Virus record (IMG/VR): IMGVR_UViG_3300009151_003928
Span: 1 to 64,000 of that record
DNA length: 64,000 nt
Origin: a virus
Strand: one strand, 5' to 3'
The position numbers and the translations under genes are program-made. Shown here piece by piece: positions 27,580-36,301 of the stretch (within the stretch, counting starts at the first letter, position 1; the number at the start of each line of letters is the position of its first letter). Under the pieces are notes generated by a model, which was not told where the DNA came from, did not search any database, and saw only the letters and a program-made list of their open reading frames with translations.

Positions 27580-28453
27580 AATCAAAATAGCAGAATTATT
27601 TTATAGCATACAAGGCGAAGGCCGTTACATGGGTGTACCAAGTGTTTTCTTGCGTACATTTGGATGTAATTTTAAATGTGCTGGCTTTGGTATGCCACGT
27701 GGCGAATCTAGCCACGAGGCTACTGATATTGCGGCCACACACAAAATGATTGAGTCTTTTCAAAAGTATGAAGACTTGCCCTTAGTTAGTACAGGCTGTG
27801 ACAGCTATGCTAGTTGGCATCCAGACTTTAAAGACCTGAGTCCAATGCTTGAAAGCAACGCTATTGTTAATCGAATTATGGAAATACTTCCACATAAACG
27901 TTGGGAAGAAGAACATTTGGTTATTACAGGTGGTGAACCATTACTAGGGTGGCAACGTGCTTATGAAGATTTGTTAGAACATCCAAGTATGTGGCGGTTG
28001 CGTGAAATTACATTTGAAACAAACGGAACTCAACGATTGTCCGATGACTTTAAAAAGTATTTGTTTAAATGGTTAAAAGATGAACACAAAGAGTCCGTTG
28101 GTGCTACTAGTCCGCGAGTGATTACATTTAGTGTAAGTGCTAAACTACCATGTTCAGGCGAATCGTGGGATGAAGCAATTCTACCCAAGGTTGTTTGCGA
28201 ATACGAATGGTATGGTACAGCATATCTTAAATTTGTTATTGCTAACGAAGCAGATTTTAAAGATGCTGAGTGTGCCATTGCGGCTTATCGCAAAGAAGGA
28301 TTTAAAGGACATGTTTACTTAATGCCAGTAGGTGGTGTGGAAAGTGTGTACGCAATGAACAATAAGAATGTAGCATTGTTGGCTATGAAAAACGGACTAC
28401 GCTATAGCGATCGATTACAAGTTCCATTATTTAAAAATGAGTGGGGTACTTAA
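27572..28453 (+). CDS. queE: 7-carboxy-7-deazaguanine synthase (radical SAM)
   Basis: ELFYSIQGEG..G.PSVFLRTFGCNFKC...GCDS, VITGGEP, FETNGT, RYSDRLQ. Confidence 0.92.
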   Translation: MSKIKIAELFYSIQGEGRYMGVPSVFLRTFGCNFKCAGFGMPRGESSHEATDIAATHKMIESFQKYEDLPLVSTGCDSYASWHPDFKDLSPMLESNAIVNRIMEILPHKRWEEEHLVITGGEPLLGWQRAYEDLLEHPSMWRLREITFETNGTQRLSDDFKKYLFKWLKDEHKESVGATSPRVITFSVSAKLPCSGESWDEAILPKVVCEYEWYGTAYLKFVIANEADFKDAECAIAAYRKEGFKGHVYLMPVGGVESVYAMNNKNVALLAMKNGLRYSDRLQVPLFKNEWGT

Positions 28454-28681
28454 TTGCCAATACCTGGCATGGACTGGAAATCTGAAGCATTCCGAGCTCG
28501 ATCTATTTGGCGGCTGAGATTTGTATGGAAGCCACGACGTAGTGCTATAACTGGTCGCTGGTTATGGCTACGCTATGCGTATGAAGGGACAGCAATGTAC
28601 ACTGGACCGGGTGAAGCTGTATTTGAGTTCAGGTACCACGAGCCTGCGGAACATATTATTTGGCAATTAAAAGGAAATTAA
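28454..28681 (+). CDS. Hypothetical protein
   Basis: Short ORF directly after queE. Confidence 0.5.
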   Translation: MPIPGMDWKSEAFRARSIWRLRFVWKPRRSAITGRWLWLRYAYEGTAMYTGPGEAVFEFRYHEPAEHIIWQLKGN

Positions 28682-28767
28682 AATGACACAAGATCAAGTA
28701 TTATTAGCAGTAGGTGTATGGTTGAGCTTGATGGTACTAGCACAACATTGGATTTAAGGAAAATATT

Positions 28768-29175
28768 ATGGGAATGTTTGATCGATTAAAAGGCATTATA
28801 AAGAAACCCGAAGTAAAGGAAGAAGCTCCCAAGGCCGAACCAAAGACTAAGAAAAAGTCTGCTAAGGATATTGCTACAGAAAACGGGGAGCCGTGGGTTA
28901 GTGTATTAAGCGTAGAGCTTGATCCAGAGAATATTGGCAATGGTGCGTTTGAATTAGACTGGAATGATAAGTTTATTGCTAATCTAGTACGTGCCGGGTA
29001 TCAGCAAAAGAAGGACGACACAGATGCAGACATGGTAGACCGTTGGTTTGCCGATGTATGCAAAAATGTTATTGCAGAAAATTACGAACAGTGGGAAGCC
29101 AATCAACCAATTGATGCTAGACCAAGAGAAATCAATCGCAGAGACATTGGCGATGGTAGAACGGAAGTAAGTTAA
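28768..29175 (+). CDS. Hypothetical phage protein
   Basis: ORF with SD; GEPWV...FELDWND. Confidence 0.7.
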   Translation: MGMFDRLKGIIKKPEVKEEAPKAEPKTKKKSAKDIATENGEPWVSVLSVELDPENIGNGAFELDWNDKFIANLVRAGYQQKKDDTDADMVDRWFADVCKNVIAENYEQWEANQPIDARPREINRRDIGDGRTEVS

Positions 29176-29378
29176 TGACTGCATTAAAAACAAAACAAAA
29201 AGAACAAGCAGAATCAGATGCCGCAATAGCTGAATTTCTTGCCAAAGGCGGAGTAATACAAAAACTTGATTATAACGCAACAGGTTGGGTAGAAGGTCAG
29301 ACCCAAATCTATGGTATGCCGCGTAGAGGAGCAGGAAGACCCAAAACACCAGAGGTCCCGGTAGATTCAACAGAATGA
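29175..29378 (+). CDS. Small hypothetical protein (IAEFLAKGGVIQK motif)
   Basis: TAATG coupling. Confidence 0.6.
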   Translation: MTALKTKQKEQAESDAAIAEFLAKGGVIQKLDYNATGWVEGQTQIYGMPRRGAGRPKTPEVPVDSTE

Positions 29379-30121
29379 TAGTATATGTAAATGGCGACAG
29401 TCACAGCGCCGGCGCAGAAGCGTTAAATCTACACGCATTTGCCGAAGACGATGGTCTATACTACGGACTAGGTCGTAAACCCCACCCCGAAAATCTTAAA
29501 GTTAGCTATGGATGTAATATAGCAAACGAGTTACACGCTATTCTTGAGTGTGATGCTGAAAGTGCTAGTAGCAACGACCGCATACTTAGAACTACATGGG
29601 ATAGGATACAAGGTGTACAAGGGCTACCAACCAATCCTCCAAATTTAGTTATAATTGGTTGGAGTACATGGGAACGTGAAGAATGGACACACAACGGAGT
29701 AACCTATCAAGTTACTGCTAGTGGTACAGATGATGTTCCAGATGAACTTAAAACTCGTTATAAGGAATGGGTCATTGATCAACACAATTCATCGGTTGTT
29801 AACAAAAAATTAGTCAATATCCACGAGCGCATAGCCAACTTACATATTTCATTACTAGATAAAAAGATACCACATATATTTTTTAATACGTTTACATCGT
29901 TTAGTAATATTCGAAATCTTAGACATTTGGGTGCCGAAGAAATAGATTGGGACGGATGCTACATAGGACCGTACGATGAAGATCTTACTTATTATAATTG
30001 GTTAAAAGCCCAAGGATTCCAAACTGCAACTCCTACTAGCTACCATTTTCGGGCAGATGCCCATCTTGCTTGGTCTGAATACTTGCTCCAAAATTATGTC
30101 CAAAAGATATTGACAAGTTAA
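29375..30121 (+). CDS. SGNH/GDSL-like hydrolase or acyltransferase
   Basis: NGDSHSAG, SNDRILR, IGWSTWEREE, C-terminal YHF...AH. Confidence 0.7.
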   Translation: MIVYVNGDSHSAGAEALNLHAFAEDDGLYYGLGRKPHPENLKVSYGCNIANELHAILECDAESASSNDRILRTTWDRIQGVQGLPTNPPNLVIIGWSTWEREEWTHNGVTYQVTASGTDDVPDELKTRYKEWVIDQHNSSVVNKKLVNIHERIANLHISLLDKKIPHIFFNTFTSFSNIRNLRHLGAEEIDWDGCYIGPYDEDLTYYNWLKAQGFQTATPTSYHFRADAHLAWSEYLLQNYVQKILTS

Positions 30122-30138
30122 TCATTAAATGCTATTAT
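30110..30138 (+). promoter_or_regulatory. sigma70-type promoter, likely producing a leaderless RNase H mRNA
   Basis: TTGACA(30110-15)-17-TATTAT(30133-38); ATG only 6 nt downstream and no SD. Confidence 0.6.
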
Positions 30139-30144
30139 AACTAC

Positions 30145-31137
30145 ATGAGATATCTACTTGTTGACACCGCAAATACCTTTTTTCGTGCTAGACACGCCGC
30201 CCACCGCCAAGCCGATACCTGGGATAGGTTAGGATTTTCCATTCATGTAACGCTAAATAGTGTTAGTAAGGCCTTTAGAGACCAAAAAGCTGACCACGTT
30301 ATTTTCTGTTTGGAAGGTCGCTCGTGGCGCAAAGACTTTTACGCACCATATAAAGCCAATCGTGCTGTAGCTCGTGCGGCACTCACAGAAAAAGAACAAG
30401 AAGAAGATCAATTATTTTGGGAATCGTTCGATAACCTAAAAGACTTTCTTGCAAATAAAACCAATTGTACAGTTTTGCAACACGGCAATTTAGAAGCAGA
30501 TGATTTAATTGCTGGATGGATACAGAGCCACCCAGACGATCATCACACTATTGTATCTAGCGATACTGATTTTTATCAGTTACTTGCAGACAATGTAAAT
30601 CAATATAACGGGATCGCAGATGAGCTCCATACTATTACGGGTATTTTCGACAAAAAAGGTAAAGCAGTCATCGATAAAAAAACTAAGGCGGCAAAAGTTA
30701 TTCCGGACCCTAAGTGGATTTTATTTGAAAAATGTATGCGGGGAGACCCCACAGACAATGTCTTTTCAGCTTACCCGGGAGTTCGGAAAAAAGGAACTAA
30801 AAGTAAAGTTGGTCTTGAAGAGGCCTTCGCGGACAGAGAGGCGAAAGGCTTTGCGTGGAACAATCTCATGCTCCAACGTTGGACAGACCATAACGAGTCT
30901 GAGCACAGAGTATTAGACGATTATAATCGTAATGTAACACTAGTGGATTTGTCTGCACAACCAGATGATATTAAGCAACAAATAGCAGAAACTATTGCGG
31001 AAGGCGCAAAGCCACTTAGTCGCCCAATGGTAGGCGCACAGTTCTTAAAGTTTTGTGGCAAGTATGATTTAATTAAAATGTCAGAGCAGTCTGACAGTTA
31101 TGTGCGTTTTCTAGAAAAACCTTACCCGGAGAAATAA
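30145..31137 (+). CDS. rnh: T4 RNase H-like 5'-3' exonuclease (FEN family)
   Basis: LLVD, SWRK...YKANR, LEADDLI, SSDTDFYQL, GDPTDNV. Confidence 0.92.
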   Translation: MRYLLVDTANTFFRARHAAHRQADTWDRLGFSIHVTLNSVSKAFRDQKADHVIFCLEGRSWRKDFYAPYKANRAVARAALTEKEQEEDQLFWESFDNLKDFLANKTNCTVLQHGNLEADDLIAGWIQSHPDDHHTIVSSDTDFYQLLADNVNQYNGIADELHTITGIFDKKGKAVIDKKTKAAKVIPDPKWILFEKCMRGDPTDNVFSAYPGVRKKGTKSKVGLEEAFADREAKGFAWNNLMLQRWTDHNESEHRVLDDYNRNVTLVDLSAQPDDIKQQIAETIAEGAKPLSRPMVGAQFLKFCGKYDLIKMSEQSDSYVRFLEKPYPEK

Positions 31138-31138
31138 T

Positions 31139-31306
31139 ATGGATAGTATTGTACGTTGGTATCAACAAAATTACACAGAAATCACTTGGTTCATTATCGG
31201 TTGGCTATCATTGGATATGATACACGAATTTAGTCGTGGCAACTACGAAGGCATGGCCATTGACGCAATTCTTATTATTCTTAACTATTTTCTAAATAAA
31301 AAATGA
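31139..31306 (+). CDS. Small membrane protein (55 aa)
   Basis: MDSIVRWYQQNYTEITWFIIGW...; fills a gap; not in the ORF track. Confidence 0.55.
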   Translation: MDSIVRWYQQNYTEITWFIIGWLSLDMIHEFSRGNYEGMAIDAILIILNYFLNKK

Positions 31307-31494
31307 CATTTAAAGAAATACTCGTTGGTATTATTTTTCTCATCGCAGTGATATTTGCAATGACTGGGTCATGGGACGATAAAAATTTACGTAAGGTTGC
31401 TTACGATTGTAGCCTATCGGAAATTAGTCCTGACTATCCCATTCAAGTAAAAGAAGCATGTCGCAAAATGAGAGCCGAGAGGAGTACTAGATGA
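31303..31494 (+). CDS. Small membrane-anchored protein
   Basis: N-terminal TM helix; YDCSLSEISPDYP..VKEACR. Confidence 0.6.
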   Translation: MTFKEILVGIIFLIAVIFAMTGSWDDKNLRKVAYDCSLSEISPDYPIQVKEACRKMRAERSTR

Positions 31495-31850
31495 ATACTG
31501 TAATTATTTTACTTGCACTATTTGGTATAAAACATTTTATAGCCGACTTTGTGCTACAGTTTGATTATATGCTTGGACAAAAAGGCACGTATGGTGCTGA
31601 GGGCGGTAGAGATCATGCTGGCATACATGGAGCATTAACTGCCTTGCTTCTATTGCCGTTTGTAAATCCAATGTCAGCACTAATGTTTGGTCTGCTTGAT
31701 ATGATTTTACATTATCACATCGACTGGGCTAAAACAAATTTAAGTCGTGGGTTGTCCACGTCAGACCGTAGGTTCTGGATATGGCTAGGAGCAGATCAAT
31801 GTTTGCACCACCTTACCTACATTTTAATTATAGGAATAATTGTATTATGA
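31491..31850 (+). CDS. DUF3307-like membrane protein
   Basis: KHFIADFVLQ...H..IH...HYHIDW...DQCLH. Confidence 0.75.
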   Translation: MNTVIILLALFGIKHFIADFVLQFDYMLGQKGTYGAEGGRDHAGIHGALTALLLLPFVNPMSALMFGLLDMILHYHIDWAKTNLSRGLSTSDRRFWIWLGADQCLHHLTYILIIGIIVL

Positions 31851-32329
31851 CTGAAGAACTAATTGCGAAACCAATTGTAAAGAACAAGATGTGGATTGTT
31901 GAGCTGTACGGCAACAAGGTAGGAAACATCATGGCCATTGAAGAAGGCGGATTTGTTTATGTACACGATAATAAACGTGAACAATTTCCTTCCATTAAGA
32001 TGATCAGTGCCAAATATAATATCTCGTTTGTTAAGGCAGAAAAGCCCGTTAAAGAAAAACTTGATGTTTATGATGTATATGGCTTTCCTGCCGCAAGTAG
32101 ACCGCATAATGAAGTATTAGACGTTCAACGTTATTTGCCTATCTATACTAAAGGTGCCAAATCCAAAAGTTTCTTTTGTGCAGGTCACTATATAATTAAA
32201 TTTAGTAGCACATGGGTTCGTGCCCACTGTCCTAAACTGATTACACTAAATCGTTATGAATATCAAGGTCCGTTTAAAACACAAGAACGTATGCAAGAAG
32301 CCATGAAGGAAGCAAATGGACAGCACTAG
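31847..32329 (+). CDS. Hypothetical phage protein
   Basis: Start reassigned to ATG 31847. Confidence 0.7.
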   Translation: MTEELIAKPIVKNKMWIVELYGNKVGNIMAIEEGGFVYVHDNKREQFPSIKMISAKYNISFVKAEKPVKEKLDVYDVYGFPAASRPHNEVLDVQRYLPIYTKGAKSKSFFCAGHYIIKFSSTWVRAHCPKLITLNRYEYQGPFKTQERMQEAMKEANGQH

Positions 32330-32537
32330 TCTACCCTTACACGTTAAAAAGTTTAACGAAAAGGTTAGAGCCATGAATCAAAGTAATGGCAAATTGCTTA
32401 CACTAAATGCCGAAGAAGCTCGCAGTTTACACGCCGAAATTTATGATTTGATGGCCACAATAGCCGAATTATCAAAGGTCAGTGTTACTGCCCCAGGAAT
32501 TACAAGTGTTAGTATGGATGGTGGAGGTTTTAAATAA
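32316..32537 (+). CDS. Hypothetical phage protein (C-terminal MDGGGF)
   Basis: ORF with SD. Confidence 0.65.
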   Translation: MDSTSLPLHVKKFNEKVRAMNQSNGKLLTLNAEEARSLHAEIYDLMATIAELSKVSVTAPGITSVSMDGGGFK

Positions 32538-32588
32538 TGTGCGTATATATTGAGATAAATAATTAGTACATCAAGGATAGCTAAAAAA

Positions 32589-32876
32589 ATGTCAAGACCT
32601 AAACCAACCGTATTGTTGGACCATGTTAATAAAAGTACCTATAAGAGTGAGCAAGTTTTAGCCTCTGAGGGCATCTGGGCGGTCTTCTATGATAACCATC
32701 CTATTAACCTTAAGACCGCAAACGTACTCATTGCATACCCCGGTCCAAAATATAAAAAAGTAAGTTTTTCTAATAGCGGTCATGCTATCAACCTCTGCAA
32801 GAAACTAAACGTCTTGTTCAAGACTGACAAGTTCTCTGTTGTCTTGCTTAAAGCCGGTGACAAAATCTTCCCCTGA
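32589..32876 (+). CDS. Hypothetical phage protein
   Basis: Preceded by a GATAAATA late-type element at about 32554-32561. Confidence 0.7.
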   Translation: MSRPKPTVLLDHVNKSTYKSEQVLASEGIWAVFYDNHPINLKTANVLIAYPGPKYKKVSFSNSGHAINLCKKLNVLFKTDKFSVVLLKAGDKIFP

Positions 32877-33243
32877 TAAACGGTATACACAAAATCAGCT
32901 TACTAAAGTATTTGTAAAGCTGGGCGATATACCTAGCGCCACTACAAGTGAAATGCAGATGCGTTGGTGGAAGAATCCAACTGATCCACATAGCCTTAGG
33001 CTTAGCCTTCAAGGCTTACAGCTTGTTAAGGCTGTACTTAAAATGCAAAGTTACGAATTTGAACTTGCAGAAGAACTTACAAATCTCAACTTACTGCAAT
33101 TAGAACGGTATCTTAAAGGTCCGTACTACTTGCTTAAACGTCAAAAAATAATTGTATTCGAAGAGGAGGAGGCATTGATGCTCACACTTCACGGAAACAA
33201 CTTAAAAAGTTATTTAGAAAATTTAGAAAGCAATCATGATTAA
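32839..33243 (+). CDS. Hypothetical phage protein
   Basis: ORF; start position uncertain. Confidence 0.6.
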   Translation: MSCLKPVTKSSPDKRYTQNQLTKVFVKLGDIPSATTSEMQMRWWKNPTDPHSLRLSLQGLQLVKAVLKMQSYEFELAEELTNLNLLQLERYLKGPYYLLKRQKIIVFEEEEALMLTLHGNNLKSYLENLESNHD

Positions 33244-33384
33244 TGTATGTGTAGTCGGCGGAGGATTTGGACTTGGCAGACACGTTCTTTAAGACTAAAA
33301 ATCAAGTTGGACAGGCTCGTGCTAAACTAATGCCTAACCAAGTTGAATGGCTCAAGCAAATTGGCGCCGACTTAACCAAAATCA

Positions 33385-33413
33385 TTGACAGTTCTGTGAT
33401 ATGATGTTACATT
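33385..33413 (+). promoter_or_regulatory. sigma70-type promoter of the ParB/HNH cassette
   Basis: TTGACA(33385-90)-17-TACATT(33408-13) with a TGn extension. Confidence 0.6.
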
Positions 33414-33472
33414 ATTAACTGTAGCAAGTTTAACCAATCCCGTATTGTTCGGGTAATGAAGGAGAAAGTAAA

Positions 33473-34528
33473 ATGGCCCAAAAACGCCTTGTCCGTAAAT
33501 TCACGGAAGTTGTAGCAGAAGTAGAATCACAGCTCAAAGCACACTACGAAGTCACAGATAAAGATCTAGCGACTTGGAGAGCTAGAGCAAAAGCTCTAGT
33601 ACACACATTCCCACATAGTACCATGATTACCATAGAAGATCTTTGGATCGACTATGAAGTTCAGCGTGACGTTATTCACAAGCACGTGATCAATATTATG
33701 AAGAAATGGGATCCACGCATTTGCAGTCCAGGATCGGCCTGCCGTATCAAGGGCAGTAACATCTATCTTTATGATGCACAACATCGTACACTTGCCGCGG
33801 CCATCCTTGGCTACACAGAAATTCCCTGCGCCGTAGTAGAAACAGACGATCCAAACTTTGCGTCGTATGCATTTGAAATGCTAAACGATACCGGTGTTAA
33901 AAGATTAAACCCAGGCGACTTGCATCGCAATGCCTTGGTTCGCTACAAGAACGGTAGCCGTGATATCAAGAACGTTCGTGCCAGAATAATGCAGGATCAG
34001 TTCGATACGTTAGAAATTGACTTGCAAGACAAAGGTTCACGTGCCAGTGATAACTTACGTGGTGATCACGATTACTTCTTTAGTCACTTCAAGTATGCAC
34101 AAAAGGGCATTGAACTAGATGAGTCTGGCAAAATTCTGAATCAGATTCTCAGTGCTGTTAAAACAGTATTCCCGATGCAGGAAGAAATTGATCAAGGTTG
34201 TTATATCGGCCTAGTAGAACTACAACGCCTAGTGGGTACCAATCCCACACAATACAATCTGTCCAACGACTGGATGATCCAAGTATTGACCACTGCTAGA
34301 AAGTCATTCAAAAGCTCGGGACTGGTACATTCTAAATCTAAAACACAATGGGAATACAGTCACCCAGGTGCAGGATGGAATGCTCCGCTTGCAATGAGTA
34401 ACTTCCTGCGTGAGTTGCATATACGCAATGGCGGTAGCCTGAATTTACCATTCCACGGTGATGCCAGCAAGACCGGAATTGAGGATGGTAATGTTGCACC
34501 AGGACTATTTCCACAGGAGACAGTCTAA
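33473..34528 (+). CDS. ParB/Srx-superfamily protein (DGQHR-type)
   Basis: IDYEVQRD...WDP...YLYDAQHRTLAA...IPC..V...FEMLN. Confidence 0.7.
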   Translation: MAQKRLVRKFTEVVAEVESQLKAHYEVTDKDLATWRARAKALVHTFPHSTMITIEDLWIDYEVQRDVIHKHVINIMKKWDPRICSPGSACRIKGSNIYLYDAQHRTLAAAILGYTEIPCAVVETDDPNFASYAFEMLNDTGVKRLNPGDLHRNALVRYKNGSRDIKNVRARIMQDQFDTLEIDLQDKGSRASDNLRGDHDYFFSHFKYAQKGIELDESGKILNQILSAVKTVFPMQEEIDQGCYIGLVELQRLVGTNPTQYNLSNDWMIQVLTTARKSFKSSGLVHSKSKTQWEYSHPGAGWNAPLAMSNFLRELHIRNGGSLNLPFHGDASKTGIEDGNVAPGLFPQETV

Positions 34529-34944
34529 TGGCTAATATTACATTAGTAACAAAACTAGCACCCAAGTGTTCATTGCCTGGGTGCAATAACCAAGTATCGT
34601 ATCATAAACAATATCCTAAACTCGATGGTACTGTGGGATTTAAATGGAAAACCATGTGTGAAGAACATCGTGGTTCTAAAAAATACGAAGTAGATAACTT
34701 CAAGTTGAGCAACGGTTGTGCTAACCGCAATGGATCGGAGTATGAATTTCCTTGTGGTTCAACTATAACTTATGCAGGACAGATTGACATCAATCACAAG
34801 GATGGTAATCGTCAAAATACTGATCCAGCAAATGTTGAATGTCTTTGCCGTAATTGCCATTCTCGTGTCACACACGAAAAGAAACATCATTTAAATCGTT
34901 ACAACACAGAAATACCTTTGCCAGATGGGTTTGATTATGCTTAA
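34528..34944 (+). CDS. HNH endonuclease with N-terminal Zn-finger-like motif
   Basis: DINHKDGNRQNTDPANVECLCRNCH. Confidence 0.85.
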   Translation: MANITLVTKLAPKCSLPGCNNQVSYHKQYPKLDGTVGFKWKTMCEEHRGSKKYEVDNFKLSNGCANRNGSEYEFPCGSTITYAGQIDINHKDGNRQNTDPANVECLCRNCHSRVTHEKKHHLNRYNTEIPLPDGFDYA

Positions 34945-35494
34945 AGAATCATTGGAAAAATTTATAGTACCCAATTACGGCAAGACACGTCGTACACCTG
35001 AAACTTATCAGACCGTGGCCTCTTACTGTACTCGACGTATTGGTCAACTAGTTCAAGATTATCATGCTGTGGAAAATGATCAACAGCTATTGCGAGAAAT
35101 ACGCAATGATATTGATTACTATCTACGCAGATATCACGAGTACTGTATTGAACAACGTGATGGCATGGAAGCACACTATCACGAAGTAGATGCTGATGAA
35201 GAATGGGATTTTGAGCATTTGATCCCGGCCAAGATTTTGCGAGATTTATTGCTGGGCAATGTTATCTCAATTTCCCAAGCTCTAAACCCACCTACAGTAA
35301 AATTAAGCCGTGCAAAACACATGGCTTTAAAAGATGCAGGTTGGGCAAGCAAAACACCCAGCATCTGGTTGCCGTTTACGCGATATTCAAACGTGTTTAC
35401 TGCCATGTATCAAACTCACGATGGTACTGTGATTGATCCGGCCACATGGACCTTGGAAAATCACTTCGAGTACTTTAAGCATTTGGTGTTGTAA
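34937..35494 (+). CDS. Putative His-Me finger nuclease-like protein (EHxxP)
   Basis: DFEHLIP motif, downstream H..L and PF.RY. Confidence 0.5.
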   Translation: MLKESLEKFIVPNYGKTRRTPETYQTVASYCTRRIGQLVQDYHAVENDQQLLREIRNDIDYYLRRYHEYCIEQRDGMEAHYHEVDADEEWDFEHLIPAKILRDLLLGNVISISQALNPPTVKLSRAKHMALKDAGWASKTPSIWLPFTRYSNVFTAMYQTHDGTVIDPATWTLENHFEYFKHLVL

Positions 35495-35511
35495 AAACGC
35501 CACACTCAAAC

Positions 35512-35545
35512 CCCCGCTAAAACCCCGCTAAAAACGGGGTTTTTT
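35512..35545 (+). terminator. Rho-independent, probably bidirectional terminator with duplicated left arm
   Basis: AAAACCCCG(35519-27)/CGGGGTTTT(35535-43) followed by TT; CCCCGCTAAAA occurs twice. Confidence 0.8.
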
Positions 35546-35561
35546 GCTGGCAAAATTTTGG

Positions 35562-35590
35562 TTGTGCCATAAATCCATTAAATGTATAAT
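35562..35590 (+). promoter_or_regulatory. sigma70-type promoter
   Basis: TTGTGC-17-TATAAT(35585-90); spacer resembles those of the 22187 and 37932 promoters (cc.t...t...ttaa.tg). Confidence 0.6.
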
Positions 35591-35622
35591 AGTTGTATTG
35601 AAGTTAATAAACAGGAGCTAAA

Positions 35623-35886
35623 ATGTTGAAATTTGCAAATATCGCTAAAGTTGGTGACACTATCCGTGCATATGATTTCAAACCCATGACAGGTCGCGAA
35701 GACTGTTATGTTGAAGGTGTTGTTAAGAAAGTTGACAACCGTGGTTATGACTGTTTTGTAATTGACGTTACTTACGATTCTTGGAGTGACGCAGAAGATA
35801 AAGGCCGTGTTGGCAAAGAAGTTCTTGTTCCGTTTGAAGTTAGCTTCATGGAATATGACGCTCGTGTTATGAATTTGAGCCGTTAA
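35623..35886 (+). CDS. Hypothetical beta-rich protein
   Basis: SD AGGAG; VGDTIRAYDF...YVEG. Confidence 0.7.
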   Translation: MLKFANIAKVGDTIRAYDFKPMTGREDCYVEGVVKKVDNRGYDCFVIDVTYDSWSDAEDKGRVGKEVLVPFEVSFMEYDARVMNLSR

Positions 35887-36224
35887 TGAATCAAGGTAAT
35901 ACTTTTTTATTGAGCTGGGATCAGCTGGGTCTTGAGGCTGTGGTCAACGTCACAGCAATGGACGCAGAGCGTACCTGGGCCACACTACAAGACAAACCAG
36001 GTCCAAATCTCAACAGTATTGTCAACGGCATTATGCTCAGAGCTCGTTATAACAGTCAGCGCCATTACGAGATTTATACAGTAAATATGGATGACAGTAT
36101 TTCCGAGCAAGATGTGCGTGACATGTTTGAAACCAGCCCTCAAGCAATGGCCGACCTAATTCGTGAGCGCGGCCACAAGATGTACAGTGATCGTGTCGAC
36201 CATTCACAAGTAAAGATTGTTTAA
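35886..36224 (+). CDS. Hypothetical phage protein
   Basis: WD..GLE...LRARYNSQRHYEIY. Confidence 0.7.
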   Translation: MNQGNTFLLSWDQLGLEAVVNVTAMDAERTWATLQDKPGPNLNSIVNGIMLRARYNSQRHYEIYTVNMDDSISEQDVRDMFETSPQAMADLIRERGHKMYSDRVDHSQVKIV

Positions 36225-36269
36225 TGTTGCATAAAAGCGACAGACAGTTAAATTGTTTTAATATACAAT
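36225..36269 (+). promoter_or_regulatory. Promoter with palindromic box and CAGAC -35 element
   Basis: TGTTGC-N6-GCGACA(36225-42), CAGACA-17-TACAAT(36264-69). Confidence 0.6.
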
Positions 36270-36301
36270 GTAGTTTCAGTAGTTAATTTTTTAAGGAGCC
36301 T

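Noticed and set aside
33243-33404. TAATG-coupled ORF with an in-frame TAG at codon 4 (possible readthrough)
   Set aside because: More simply explained by a TTG start at 33273 after a GGAGG SD, or by a gene remnant; a single case is not evidence of recoding
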